DNA of 63,941 nucleotides, the filler included, from Craspedostauros australis (Eukaryota): NCBI GenBank assembly GCA_030167865.1. It is 17 parts of 17 records of this genome, joined end to end, with 100 filler letters (N's around TTAATTAATTAA, not from the genome) between each part and the next. Parts side by side here need not be neighbours in the genome. Positions count along the whole stretch, not along the records: positions 1,737 to 14,557 come from JALAGF010002622.1; positions 14,658 to 17,468 come from JALAGF010002623.1; positions 17,569 to 21,646 come from JALAGF010002626.1; positions 21,747 to 26,242 come from JALAGF010002627.1; 13 more parts are not named here. The stretch is one strand, 5' to 3'. Below, in pieces: positions 12,601 through 21,747 of this stretch (position 1 is its first letter; each line of letters begins with the position of its first letter). Under the pieces are notes generated by a model. That model was not told the origin of the DNA. It did not search any database and saw nothing but the letters and a program-made list of their open reading frames with translations. The translations under genes were made by a program, and so were the position numbers.

Positions 12601-14441
12601 GCAGGAATCTGTGCGATCTCCGCTCGTACGGCTGGAGACACGTGTCTCACTGTTTTCCCTTTCATGGAAGCCACGTCTGGACCAAAAATGAGGTCAGCAG
12701 TTCGAATGTCCTTGGCGGTGATAGGACAGTCAGGGATCATGCCGTTGCGAACATATCTGATGAAAGTACGCGACGTGGGGCGACCAATACGCTGTTGTAG
12801 GGACCTGGCCAGTTTGGCCTGCGAATAGTCAAAAGACGAGAAGCTATTGCGGTTATCAGCTACTGTGTTGACCATGGTTGTTTCGTGGAGGTTGTTGGTG
12901 CTGCTGGTATCAAGGTAGAAAAGACCACCTGGGGATTCCTGGAAGGATTGCATGGACCCATCTTGTTTGTGCACTGTGAAGCGGTTGGTTCCAGTGCTGT
13001 CGTAGGTGACACGGAATCGACCCTTCACCTTGCTGAGGGAGAGGATGTTGGCGACCCCGTCTGGGTGATACCAGACATCCCCGTATCCTGGAAGAGTGCC
13101 GCGTTGATTGGTGGTGGCAGTCCCTGCATTGCAGTGGATGGTGAGACTGTTCTCAAGGGTGTGGATGTCCTTGAGGAGACGTCCGTTGCTGAAGACATCA
13201 ACTGTCGACTGGTTGTCGAGGAGGATCCAGTTCCTTGGGATGATGTTGGTTGCCTGGTTGAGTGTGTGGCTTGTGTGTTCATCCAGGTGCGCATGTAGGA
13301 ACACGAAGTCGTCATCGTTGTATCCATCATCAGCGTGCACAAGGACAGTGCCGTCACTGTGATACTTCGCATGACATTGATCCAGTGTGTGGTTGGTGCG
13401 GCCACATCGAGTGCATGCCTCTTTTCCACCTGGGTTGTTCGCGTTCACAAACGCCATGCCTGTGTCTTTTGGTGTGCTGATGCCCGGTACATTCCTTGGG
13501 TCCTTCGACCAGTGGCTGAGCATGGTGAGTGCTGCCACAAGTGTCTTGGGATACTGGTCATTGCCTTTGACCTGTTCATTGTGGAGGTCCTCGATGAGGG
13601 AACCAAACCTGCGGCGGTCGGAGCCCAGGATGAAGAGTACAGAAAGGAATCGCTGTCTGCCGTCGGCCTTGAGCACCTTCTTTTGCGCTGTGTTTGGGTT
13701 GTCGATGCCACGCTCCTTGGCGATGGCATTAATGATGCATTCCACGTGTGTGATGGAGGTTTCGACCGTGTCGTTCACATCGGCGAGGTTGACAAACGAT
13801 TCGTAGTAGTCTTGGACGGTCTGTCGGTGCTTCTGACGAAGTCCCATAAGCTCCTGCATGATCATGCATGCGGCCACTGTTCCTTGTTCGTGTGTCTGGT
13901 AGTTGAAGACGACGCCTTTGATGATCTTGATGAGTGCGGCGGTGTCTCGTGTGGTGGATGTTGTGGTGTAGTTGTCGGATTCCTGGATACGTGTCCGCAT
14001 GATGTCGGAACACTGTCCCCAGATGACCGCGTACATCTTCTGATAGTCGGTCTCGGCGTTGGTGAGGCGCGTGGTATAGAGTGCATAGCGTCTCTTCCAC
14101 TTGTCCTTCTCGATCTCAGATGCTCCTTCTGCATAGTCCTCAGGCTCTGTGATGGAGGGTGCTTCCATGTTCTCCACTGCCATGCTCACAACCGGTCCGT
14201 ACTGTGTTCCAGCATAGTTGGTGATGGCTTCGATGGTCTTTGTGAATTCGTCCACCTGCTTGGCACGTACGGCAGCACAGTCAAAGACATAGCCCTTGAG
14301 CTCGGGGCACACCCCTTCGAACTTGGCTGGCTTGACGAACGGATGGTTGCGATGTCCACGGTTGGGTTTGTTGTTGTTGTTGTTGGCGACGCCTTCTGCC
14401 TTCGGCTTCGTTGGCGCTGCCGGCTTCTTGTCGGTGCTCAT
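9480..14441 (-). CDS. Copia gag-pol polyprotein, 1653 aa, uninterrupted
   Basis: Zinc knuckle CTRCGRTNHTLDQC, protease WILLDNQSTVDVF, integrase LSVDIM..ADNQF..HVPEVER, RT DVPGAFL..LYGTLKAA..WHVDDL, RNase H WWVDGAF..SSTEAEL..HQDNQSA..GDFFTKPL. The order PR-IN-RT-RH is Copia. Confidence 0.96.
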   Translation of the reverse strand: MSTDKKPAAPTKPKAEGVANNNNNKPNRGHRNHPFVKPAKFEGVCPELKGYVFDCAAVRAKQVDEFTKTIEAITNYAGTQYGPVVSMAVENMEAPSITEPEDYAEGASEIEKDKWKRRYALYTTRLTNAETDYQKMYAVIWGQCSDIMRTRIQESDNYTTTSTTRDTAALIKIIKGVVFNYQTHEQGTVAACMIMQELMGLRQKHRQTVQDYYESFVNLADVNDTVETSITHVECIINAIAKERGIDNPNTAQKKVLKADGRQRFLSVLFILGSDRRRFGSLIEDLHNEQVKGNDQYPKTLVAALTMLSHWSKDPRNVPGISTPKDTGMAFVNANNPGGKEACTRCGRTNHTLDQCHAKYHSDGTVLVHADDGYNDDDFVFLHAHLDEHTSHTLNQATNIIPRNWILLDNQSTVDVFSNGRLLKDIHTLENSLTIHCNAGTATTNQRGTLPGYGDVWYHPDGVANILSLSKVKGRFRVTYDSTGTNRFTVHKQDGSMQSFQESPGGLFYLDTSSTNNLHETTMVNTVADNRNSFSSFDYSQAKLARSLQQRIGRPTSRTFIRYVRNGMIPDCPITAKDIRTADLIFGPDVASMKGKTVRHVSPAVRAEIAQIPANIMQQYRNVQLSVDIMVVNGIKFLVSIAKHIKFGTVAKLDSASNTVLTKQFHNIIQLYKQRGFRVTIIMADNQFESLRGELAERGVGVNVTSRDEHVPEVERYIRTIKERVRSTYHALPFKHYPPILIIEMVHHAVYWLNMFPHQNGVSKRMSPSEIVVGRKLNYNAHCRLEFGSYVQTHEQHDNTMQPRTVGAIAVRPSGNDQGGYLFISLETGMRLHRRSWTEVPMPQSVIDHVHGMAKRAKTNQTLKFSYQRGVELYPVHDEDDDDDDSDSDSDSDSESDSESESSEDTDEDSLDDEDGDDGSSDSESEASNGTESDGSSDDSDGNDDDDGDSNNGVEDANVLPPIIADLPLIIDDAPQLADEENIEAGNGQPDAHQPPEQTSTHPMTTRRGPRIDYSELHHTGRGDTHATITILSEDANNETHNHIEACTFVTEQMNWKQGLRQFHERGEDAISKELQQVHEMEGFEPKHWHELSHDERCKALRYLMYLKEKRNGVIKGRGCADGRKQRLYMTKEETSSPTVSLLGLMLTCVTDAHENRDVATVDVPGAFLQTKFDDGDIVHVLIEGRMAELLAKVAPEVYEEYVHKKRGQSAIYVKLTRALYGTLKAALQWWKDLTATLVADGFTINPYDWCVANKSVKGKQCTIVWHVDDLKISHVDPSVVDDVIKMLNVAYGKRTPLTVKCGKQHDYLGMLLDYTQPGHVRIDMSEYISGILAGVPANMGGHAVTPAANHLFDINHENPKALDEDTKDLFHHIVAKLLFLSKRARPDIQTAVSFLCTRVKSPDEDDYKKLARTIKYLRATQDMTLTLGGSSLEDTQWWVDGAFGVHNDMRSHTGAHMSTGAGAIYSTSSKQKLNTKSSTEAELVAVDDVMPQVLWTRYFLQEQGIKTEPSTLHQDNQSAMLLENNGRKSSGKRTRHISMRYFFVHDRISRNEIRVKYCPTDDMIGDFFTKPLQGSKFRAFRDAILNRNAYDANRPKTYKEALLASQECVGALANRQHPSVARNDPKAQNDAEPEKNTTNAENSQTKTNTDHS

Positions 14442-14457
14442 CGTTGTGATAGAGCTG

Positions 14458-14473
14458 AATCAAACAAACAGTA
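14458..14473 (-). promoter_or_regulatory. Primer-binding-site position, complementary to the element's own LTR rather than to a tRNA 3' end
   Basis: Sense sequence TACTGTTTGTTTGATT directly follows the 5' LTR and has no TGG start. Its complement lies in the LTR at 9464-9479. Confidence 0.8.
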
Positions 14474-14657
14474 TGTTGATACAACAGTTCAGTGTCGGTC
14501 CCCTACCCAGCTATAAGCTGAAGGGTGGAACCAGAGCTGATGCTGTGTGATGTCAATNNNNNNNNNNNNNNNNNNNNNNNNNNNNNNNNNNNNNNNNNNN
14601 NTTAATTAATTAANNNNNNNNNNNNNNNNNNNNNNNNNNNNNNNNNNNNNNNNNNNN

Positions 14658-17360
14658 ACCATCACGGCGATCTTGCTCGCCGAATGCAAGACGATCGATG
14701 CCATCCTTCGCGGCCGTAGATTGGTTGACCCAACCGACGAACTTCATGTCGCGATGCAGGCAACCAGACTGCTGAAGGGCGACGGCGGTTTCACCCCAAA
14801 GAACTTCAAGGGCAACAAACAGACGGGAGCACCCTCCACCAATCCGAGCAGCAATCCCAGCGTGGCACCAACCAGTTCGCCTACCAGCTCTCCCACATCG
14901 GCACCAACTGCGTCGACCGGAATCCCGACGAGCACACCGACTTCTGCACCAACCTCGCCACCAACTGGGGCACCAACTTCGAGGCCAACCGGGCAGCCAG
15001 TTGCCTCGGCGACCAGCAATCCAACCTCGTCACCGACCAACAAGCCAACAAGCAGACCAACCAGCAGACCAACTTCCATGCCGACCTCGGGGCCTACATC
15101 TGCACCAACGACCATCTCGTTTGCATTTGATTCCAGCATCTCCGTGGCCTGCGAGCCAGATGTTGTGCCGCCATGCTTTCCGCCGGAGGCATTCGAGCCG
15201 AAGACCATCATCTGCAATCCATCCAAGACATCGTGCCGCGAGGCCGTCGCTGCTGTTCGAAGCACACCAGGATTGCAGAATTACTTCGCATGCGCTGGCC
15301 TCTTGACCGAGGGGGATGCGCGCAAGCTATTCAATCGCTATGCGTCCAACCCTATGCTAGCTGAGGAGCTGACGCTATTGTCCGCCGCCGGCACCACTCT
15401 GCTCACAGCTCTCAGTGGTTATGACATCTACGACGCGTGCCAGAACGCCGGGGCTCCATGCTGTGCAGAGGATTATCACTGTACCAGCGCCGACGGTTAC
15501 GGTTTCATGACCATTGCCACCACTGCCTGCGTTGGGCCTGGAGCTTGCGCCGAGATGGGACTAAACCCATTGGTCCTGGATTCATCCTGTACCAGCGCAG
15601 GGGCATGCGCCGGCGTGAACTCTCTTTATGTTTCCTATTGCTATGGTCCTCACCCAACGTACGGCGTCACCTTCATTGGTCAACTGGCCTGCACTGATCC
15701 TATTTCCTGCACCCTCGTTGGCGATTATTCCTACGGAGACGTCATCATACAAAGCGGCGCCTGCGTTGGACCCTACGCCTGTTCGGGCGTTGGCTACCGC
15801 GGTGAACAGTACGGGCCCAGTCGTTCCCAGAGCCACGTCAGAATTGGGTCCAACGCATGCCGTGGTGAATATGCATGCACCGCAGCACATGCAAGCGGTT
15901 ACTACGACTGCACATGCACATCGTTGCCATCACCTGCGAAGATTCAGGGCAGCTTGAGCATCGGCGACAATGCCTGCACCGCAGACTACGCTTGCGCAGG
16001 ATTGGGATTCGGTGACTCAGTGACAACTGACATCATTGTGCCAGACTATGGCTGTGACAGCGACTACTCGTGCGAAGAATGCATGACGGAGACCAACTGC
16101 AACAGCAACGAAGTCTTCATTATCTACGATGCTGCTGCCGCCTGCCCCAAAGACAGCTGTGGTTATGCAACCGGCGAACTGGTCGATCAATTCTGCATCA
16201 ACAAAGACCAACTCCCAACAGATTGCCCAACTTTCGCCCCTACTCCGCTGGCAAGCGATACCCCAACGACGATTCCGACAGAGCAGCCTTCCGATCTGCC
16301 GACTTCTGTCCCAACAAGCCCCCCGACCATCAACAAGACCATCCTGCGGACCCTTTGCCTGAATGAGGCTGGGGAGGTTGCTGCGGGCTTCACCTCTGGA
16401 CCAGTCGTCCTCTGCGATGACGATGTGGGCACATGCACACAATTCGTCCAAGACATCGAGTCTCTCCCAAGCAACAAGGACAGGTTCGTGAAAAGCATCT
16501 TCGGATGCGATGACGACCAAGGCAGCCAGGCATCGCAGCAACAGGCGCAGGTGCGATTCGATCGCATTAAGAATGACCCCCAAGCAATCGCAGCCATCTT
16601 TACTGCTCTCGAAGGTGACGGCATCCTTCTCACAGCAAACGCTGCGAGCCTATCCACGCAATGCAGTGCTGTGGGTGGGACCTGCTGCCAAGGAACTCTC
16701 GGTTGCACTCTCGGGAGTGACATCATCACCATCACCCCAGACTCATGTGCAACCGATAATTCCTGTGAAGGGGTTTCAAAGGATACCATCATCCTTGGCA
16801 GTTGTCTGGGACCGAGTTCCTGCAAGAATCTTCGATCTTTTTCCAACCCTCCTGGCGCCACAGCCATCATTGGCTACCAGATCATCGGGCCAGCCGCATG
16901 CACCAGCACAAACAGCTGCGAGAACCTTGGGCAGAACATCTACGGCAACATCCGGATCCAAGGCGGAGGATGCAACGGTGTGGACGGCTGCAAAGACCTT
17001 GGAATCCGTGCTGCCCAGTCTACCAGTATCGCCACACCGACGCTTGCCAACATCGACGTGGGGAAAAACGCTTGTCAGGGACAACGCTCGTGTCAGAATG
17101 TCCACGCTGGCCTGGGCAAGACTATTGGCAGTATCACCATCGGCAGTGGTGCATGCTTGTCACGAGACAGCTGCAATGGTGTTGCCAACGCCAACTCGGC
17201 GGTTGATGATCTGGTCATCACGGCCAACACCTGCGCGCCTGCAAACAGCTGCAAGGATTGCGTGGCAACAGACATGTGCAGTGGCCCTTCTGGCCAGACC
17301 TACACCATCGACAGCCCATCCAACGACTGCCCTGGACGAAATGACGATGCATGCTCTTGA
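14658..17360 (+). CDS. Large extracellular protein with PTxxPT mucin-like repeats and Cys-rich GxxAC repeats, 5'-truncated
   Basis: Open frame of about 895 aa with RRL/RLL motifs near the N-terminus, PTS tracts and repeated I-G-x-x-A-C-x-G-x-x-A/S-C units in two homologous modules. Confidence 0.8.
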   Translation, partial: TITAILLAECKTIDAILRGRRLVDPTDELHVAMQATRLLKGDGGFTPKNFKGNKQTGAPSTNPSSNPSVAPTSSPTSSPTSAPTASTGIPTSTPTSAPTSPPTGAPTSRPTGQPVASATSNPTSSPTNKPTSRPTSRPTSMPTSGPTSAPTTISFAFDSSISVACEPDVVPPCFPPEAFEPKTIICNPSKTSCREAVAAVRSTPGLQNYFACAGLLTEGDARKLFNRYASNPMLAEELTLLSAAGTTLLTALSGYDIYDACQNAGAPCCAEDYHCTSADGYGFMTIATTACVGPGACAEMGLNPLVLDSSCTSAGACAGVNSLYVSYCYGPHPTYGVTFIGQLACTDPISCTLVGDYSYGDVIIQSGACVGPYACSGVGYRGEQYGPSRSQSHVRIGSNACRGEYACTAAHASGYYDCTCTSLPSPAKIQGSLSIGDNACTADYACAGLGFGDSVTTDIIVPDYGCDSDYSCEECMTETNCNSNEVFIIYDAAAACPKDSCGYATGELVDQFCINKDQLPTDCPTFAPTPLASDTPTTIPTEQPSDLPTSVPTSPPTINKTILRTLCLNEAGEVAAGFTSGPVVLCDDDVGTCTQFVQDIESLPSNKDRFVKSIFGCDDDQGSQASQQQAQVRFDRIKNDPQAIAAIFTALEGDGILLTANAASLSTQCSAVGGTCCQGTLGCTLGSDIITITPDSCATDNSCEGVSKDTIILGSCLGPSSCKNLRSFSNPPGATAIIGYQIIGPAACTSTNSCENLGQNIYGNIRIQGGGCNGVDGCKDLGIRAAQSTSIATPTLANIDVGKNACQGQRSCQNVHAGLGKTIGSITIGSGACLSRDSCNGVANANSAVDDLVITANTCAPANSCKDCVATDMCSGPSGQTYTIDSPSNDCPGRNDDACS

Positions 17361-19301
17361 AAAATGAAATGGCAGACTGCAATCTCAGGGTGTGAACAGG
17401 AGTGGGAGTACGAATATCAGCATGTGTCCACATCTACGCGCATGATCAGACGGTCGCATCTTCCGCAGNNNNNNNNNNNNNNNNNNNNNNNNNNNNNNNN
17501 NNNNNNNNNNNNTTAATTAATTAANNNNNNNNNNNNNNNNNNNNNNNNNNNNNNNNNNNNNNNNNNNNCACCTTTGAAGAATCTATTGTGGATGTAGTGT
17601 GCTCATGATAGTCGGAACAAACGAGGAAGTACTGAATGGTTGATTTGTACCATAAGAAGAATGACATTGTGTGGGTAGTGGGAGAGTAGAAGGAAGCACA
17701 AGTTGGCCATNACAATGAGGAATGTCCGGACAACACACACGATCAGGCNACAGGGTGTAAAAGTCAAAAATGGAGCCACGAATCTGGGTTTTGCATAAAT
17801 CAGGATGATTGTGCAAACAACTGACAGGAAGAAGGCTGAAAGATGGCAAATTTTCAGTTTGGTTTTTGACTTTTGGACTGCTGATTATGGAAGAAACTGT
17901 TGCTGCCTTATCATGGGAAATGAAAAATTACCGTCTTTCCCCCCCCCCCTGGCCTGAGCAAGCGGAGTTAACTATTGATGGCAAAGTCACCACCACAAAA
18001 CGGAAGAGTTGACGTTGAGCGTGACAACCGTTCCAAGAACGAACGCGAATGAAGGGATCGTGTGGGGAACATTGTACATTTGTGTCACATCCGATCAACC
18101 ATCGCACCTGTGAACATCGCCCTTTCCTTTGCAAAAGCCACCTCAGAGATGGTTCAGTGATGATTGGGCTCGTCTCGCTCGGTCCGGGCAATGGAGTGAG
18201 CCGGCGATCACATACCGACCTTATTGTTATTCTTACGAACTTGAACGTTGGGCTTTCGCCATTTTGAATGTTGCTCTGCACGCAGTTATTTGCGGAAGTT
18301 GGACTCCAACAATGACAACCAGTGGACCCCCACGACAGCACCACAAGTCTTCACAAGAGTGTGTGCGACAGAGAGGGAAAGAGAGAGAGAGAGATCGCTG
18401 ATTGTCCTCCGGAGTACTCTCCTTGACTCGGGCCTTGTTTGCGATCCCGCTTTTTGCTCATGGTGCAGAAGTGTTCGCATCTTCCAAGGAGCCGTCCATT
18501 CCCTTGGTTCCATCATCAGATGGACTTGACAGTTCCGACAGGCTGCATGTTGGTACGCCAAAAGAATCTTCCTACACACCTTCGGCACATGATAGCGTTA
18601 TCCCAGGAAATCCCCAAGAGGGACATCTGGGTGCGCTTGGGTGTCGGCCATAGACTGCGGTAATAATTTAATTATATTTAGTTTAGTACATTGTTTGCGC
18701 CATTGAAACACATTTAATGGTTGAAATTATATTTATAAGGTTTATACAAACATACCGCAACATCCAATTTCACGTTTCAGTGATGCGGAAACCATTTCGC
18801 TTGCTGGCGAAGACGTGTCAAGTGACGTCAATTCTTCCAGAAGTAGACATTTTGGTCTTTGATGATCCCCTCACAAAATACGGAAGAATTTTTTGTCCTG
18901 GTTGCTCTCGTGCGTGTCGTTGTTGAAGCAAAAGCGATGCCGTGCAGGGACGGAAGAGGCGCGAACTTCCCATGCATCTCGGCTCCTCAATGACAGCACC
19001 ATCCCTGACATTCAGTTTCGCGAACAGGAAGGAGCGCTGCCTCGCTCACCCAGATTCGTCAACAATGACCAGAGCCACACAAAGACACACGCACACACAC
19101 ACTGTACGAGCAACCAACCAAACCAACAATCAACGACAATCAACGCTCACCAACCAAGAAACGCAGAAGCAAACGTAGACACAAAACGCATTTTGACTTC
19201 ACACTTGTCATAAATTCAACTCAGCACACCAAGACGCAACTCAAATCAACTCAAATCAACTCAACCCATCCAAACAAACAACACACACACCATCGATCAC
19301 C

Positions 19302-19793
19302 ATGAAAGAGCATTCCCGAACCAACACACGACCCATCGCCCTCGTTGAGGCCGAGCAGGATGAACAGCCAAGACCGAAGCGAAGGAAGATCACACTCTCC
19401 CCATCCTCACCGGACTTGGGTGCGTGCCTCCTGCTGAGCCTGTCCCGTCGGCCCAACACCGTCACCAACCAAACACAGGCCCTCCAAGGCGAAGATCACA
19501 ATGAGGAATCACAGACTTCGCAGCCGCCAAGCCAGGCACCCATCCTCAACCCGCTGCATCAGCCTAACCGATTGGTGACAGAGGAAGTGGCCGCCATCTC
19601 GGACGACGACGATGATCACAACTACGCATACCGTCGTACGCCGCAGACTGTCCGAAAGACGCGCAACGCAGGCATCGTGCGCCACACGATCTACATGAAG
19701 AATGGTCCCAACAAGATCGTTGGCCCCATGCCACCGGCGCCGTCGCTTCCCATGGTCGCCGCGGGTGTCATCATTCCATCCATGCGCAGATAA
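19302..19793 (+). CDS. Hypothetical 163-aa protein, probably disordered, with a basic NLS-like motif and Pro-rich C-terminus
   Basis: ATG in ACC-ATG context after an A/C-rich leader like those of other genes in this window; PRPKRRK and a C-terminal GPMPPAPSLP. Confidence 0.5.
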   Translation: MKEHSRTNTRPIALVEAEQDEQPRPKRRKITLSPSSPDLGACLLLSLSRRPNTVTNQTQALQGEDHNEESQTSQPPSQAPILNPLHQPNRLVTEEVAAISDDDDDHNYAYRRTPQTVRKTRNAGIVRHTIYMKNGPNKIVGPMPPAPSLPMVAAGVIIPSMRR

Positions 19794-20800
19794 CGTGGCC
19801 CGGATCCCATCCGTTGCTGCCCGTCTCGCGCGGGGATGGAGAGATACGAGCAGCATCTGCAAAGGTAACAAGAGGTTCCGAGACCGTAGTAACAAGCTAA
19901 TGCGCTGCGATACTCTATCGGAGTTGTAAATAACAGCCAGCATTACATGAACACACAAGTACTTGCCTCTTCGGAGCAAAGCATTGGTTAGCAGAGTGCG
20001 CAGAAGTACGAATGAAGCGTTGCCGTTTGAAACGTTGATACCGCGCTGATGACTGCATCCACAATGACCCCTCCATCACGGAATGCAAATTCCCTCTAAA
20101 ACCAGACGCGATACAAAGGAGATTCTGGTGCTTCTCTTTTCGTCCCAAGAGGAAAATAGAACAAGAGAGCTTCCTTCGCGCCAAGAATGAAAAAGAGTTC
20201 CATCGACGCCCAGGCAGCAAAATGCAGCCTCTCTCAGGCGACGCCTCGACCAAGATGCTCCTTCCTCTCCTGGCGTTCATCTCGTCACTCCACTTTGATC
20301 CTGATACTGACCATGCCAACAGGTGTTCCACAAATGCCACGAAAAGCGTAGTCTCGCACAAGCCGGTTGCAACGATGAATTGGCGCCCGCGTTTTCATTT
20401 CTCTCCCTCCCTCCCTCTTGAATCCTCTTGAATCGTCTCTTGGTTGTTCTGCTGAGCTTGAATTTAAAAAGATGCGGAGGCGTGATGCATGCATTCCACC
20501 GTTGATCAATGCAATGATCCATTACATATAGTGCGCACCAGTGATGAACGCCTGGCGATACTCCTGACAAGTCCGCATCCCAAAAATGGTGCTCAAAACA
20601 ATGACGGCAGCCAACGCGCTCATCCCAATCCACCATCGTTCTTCCGTCAGGGGCTTCCGGTAAACTGCCGGACATGGGAAGTCGGACATACTGTTCGCGA
20701 ACTGAAGAACAATACTAGTCGTGTATGCGATTTTATTAGTCATGGTTGTCATGTCCTTCAGACATTCTCGTCGCGACTCGCGACTCGTATCTGTATGGTG

Positions 20801-21000
20801 TCAAAAGATGCCCTATTTAGGGCACCTTTTTCAAAACGTGCTCTAAATAGGGCACCTTTTCAAAACGTGCCCTATTTAGGGCATCTTTTCAAAACGTGCT
20901 CTAAATAGGGCACCTTTTCAAAACGTGCTCTAAATAGGGCATCTTTTCAAAACGTGCTCTAAATAGGGCACCTTTTCAAAACGTGCCCTATTTAGGGCAC
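20801..21000. repeat. Seven-unit tandem array (~29-bp period) of an 18-bp near-palindrome; probable subterminal repeats of a DNA transposon
   Basis: Units GTGC(C/T)CTA(TT/AA)TAGGGCA(C/T) are separated by a near-constant CTTTTCAAAAC linker, about 190-260 bp upstream of a transposase-like ORF. Confidence 0.85.
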
Positions 21001-21264
21001 GTTGCCCTCGCACCCACGTGTCGCTGTTCGGAGACAGCCAGATGACAGACGGAGCAGCAGCAACCCCGCACGCAGCGACACGACAGTGGAGGATTATCAA
21101 CGTCGCGTCAATTCAACGTGACAGCAACTGCACAGGACTGTGCAACACTCTGCTTGCGCTGGGACTGCCAAAGTCAATGCTGAAACATGAGGGAGGTGGC
21201 TCCACATGAACCAAACACATTGCCACAAACCAAGCAACCAACACCCATCTGCAACCGTGCAGTC

Positions 21265-21646
21265 ATGAACCCAACAATACAGTTCACCCATCATGAAGCC
21301 ATGATGCTTGGCTTGCGCCTGCTGTACACCGACAAGCAGATCAATCGAGTCAAGGCTGGGAGCAACACCAACGCCAACCGGTTTCGAGCTCACTTTGGTG
21401 TATCCCCGGCAGTATGCTGCCAAGTCTTCGAGGATCTCCAGACAACAAAAGTGGCTGCTGCCAGAATGGATCCATCAACCATCAAAGTAGAGCGATTGCT
21501 GATGGCCCTTCACTTCATCAAGACATATCAGACAGAGGATGGACGAGAGGCAACATTCGCCTTGAGCTCAAAGACTCTTCGAGCACACACATGGCACTAT
21601 CTTGAGAAGGTGCAAGCTCTGAAAGCCCAAAAGATCATTTGGCCAG
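21265..21646 (+). mobile_element. N-terminus of a PIF/Harbinger-ISL2EU-like (DDE_Tnp_4) transposase, truncated by the contig end
   Basis: RFRAHFGVSP..C..+EDL..LLMALHFIKTYQTE..F..S.KTLR..W..LEKVQAL..IIWP resembles the HTH region that precedes DDE_Tnp_4 domains. The catalytic part is not visible. Confidence 0.65.
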
Positions 21647-21747
21647 NNNNNNNNNNNNNNNNNNNNNNNNNNNNNNNNNNNNNNNNNNNNTTAATTAATT
21701 AANNNNNNNNNNNNNNNNNNNNNNNNNNNNNNNNNNNNNNNNNNNNC

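Larger units (their letters stand above)
9361..14557 (-). mobile_element. Near-complete Ty1/Copia LTR retrotransposon (diatom CoDi type); 5' LTR cut by the contig end
   Basis: 3' LTR 9361-9615 with TGTTG..CAACA ends. The partial 5' LTR 14474-14557 is identical to 9361-9444. The PPT CAGGAGTG abuts the 3' LTR, and there is a single gag-pol ORF. Confidence 0.95.

Noticed and set aside
20801..21000. CRISPR array
   Set aside because: The linkers are near-identical 11-12-mers rather than unique spacers, there are no cas genes, and the context is eukaryotic.
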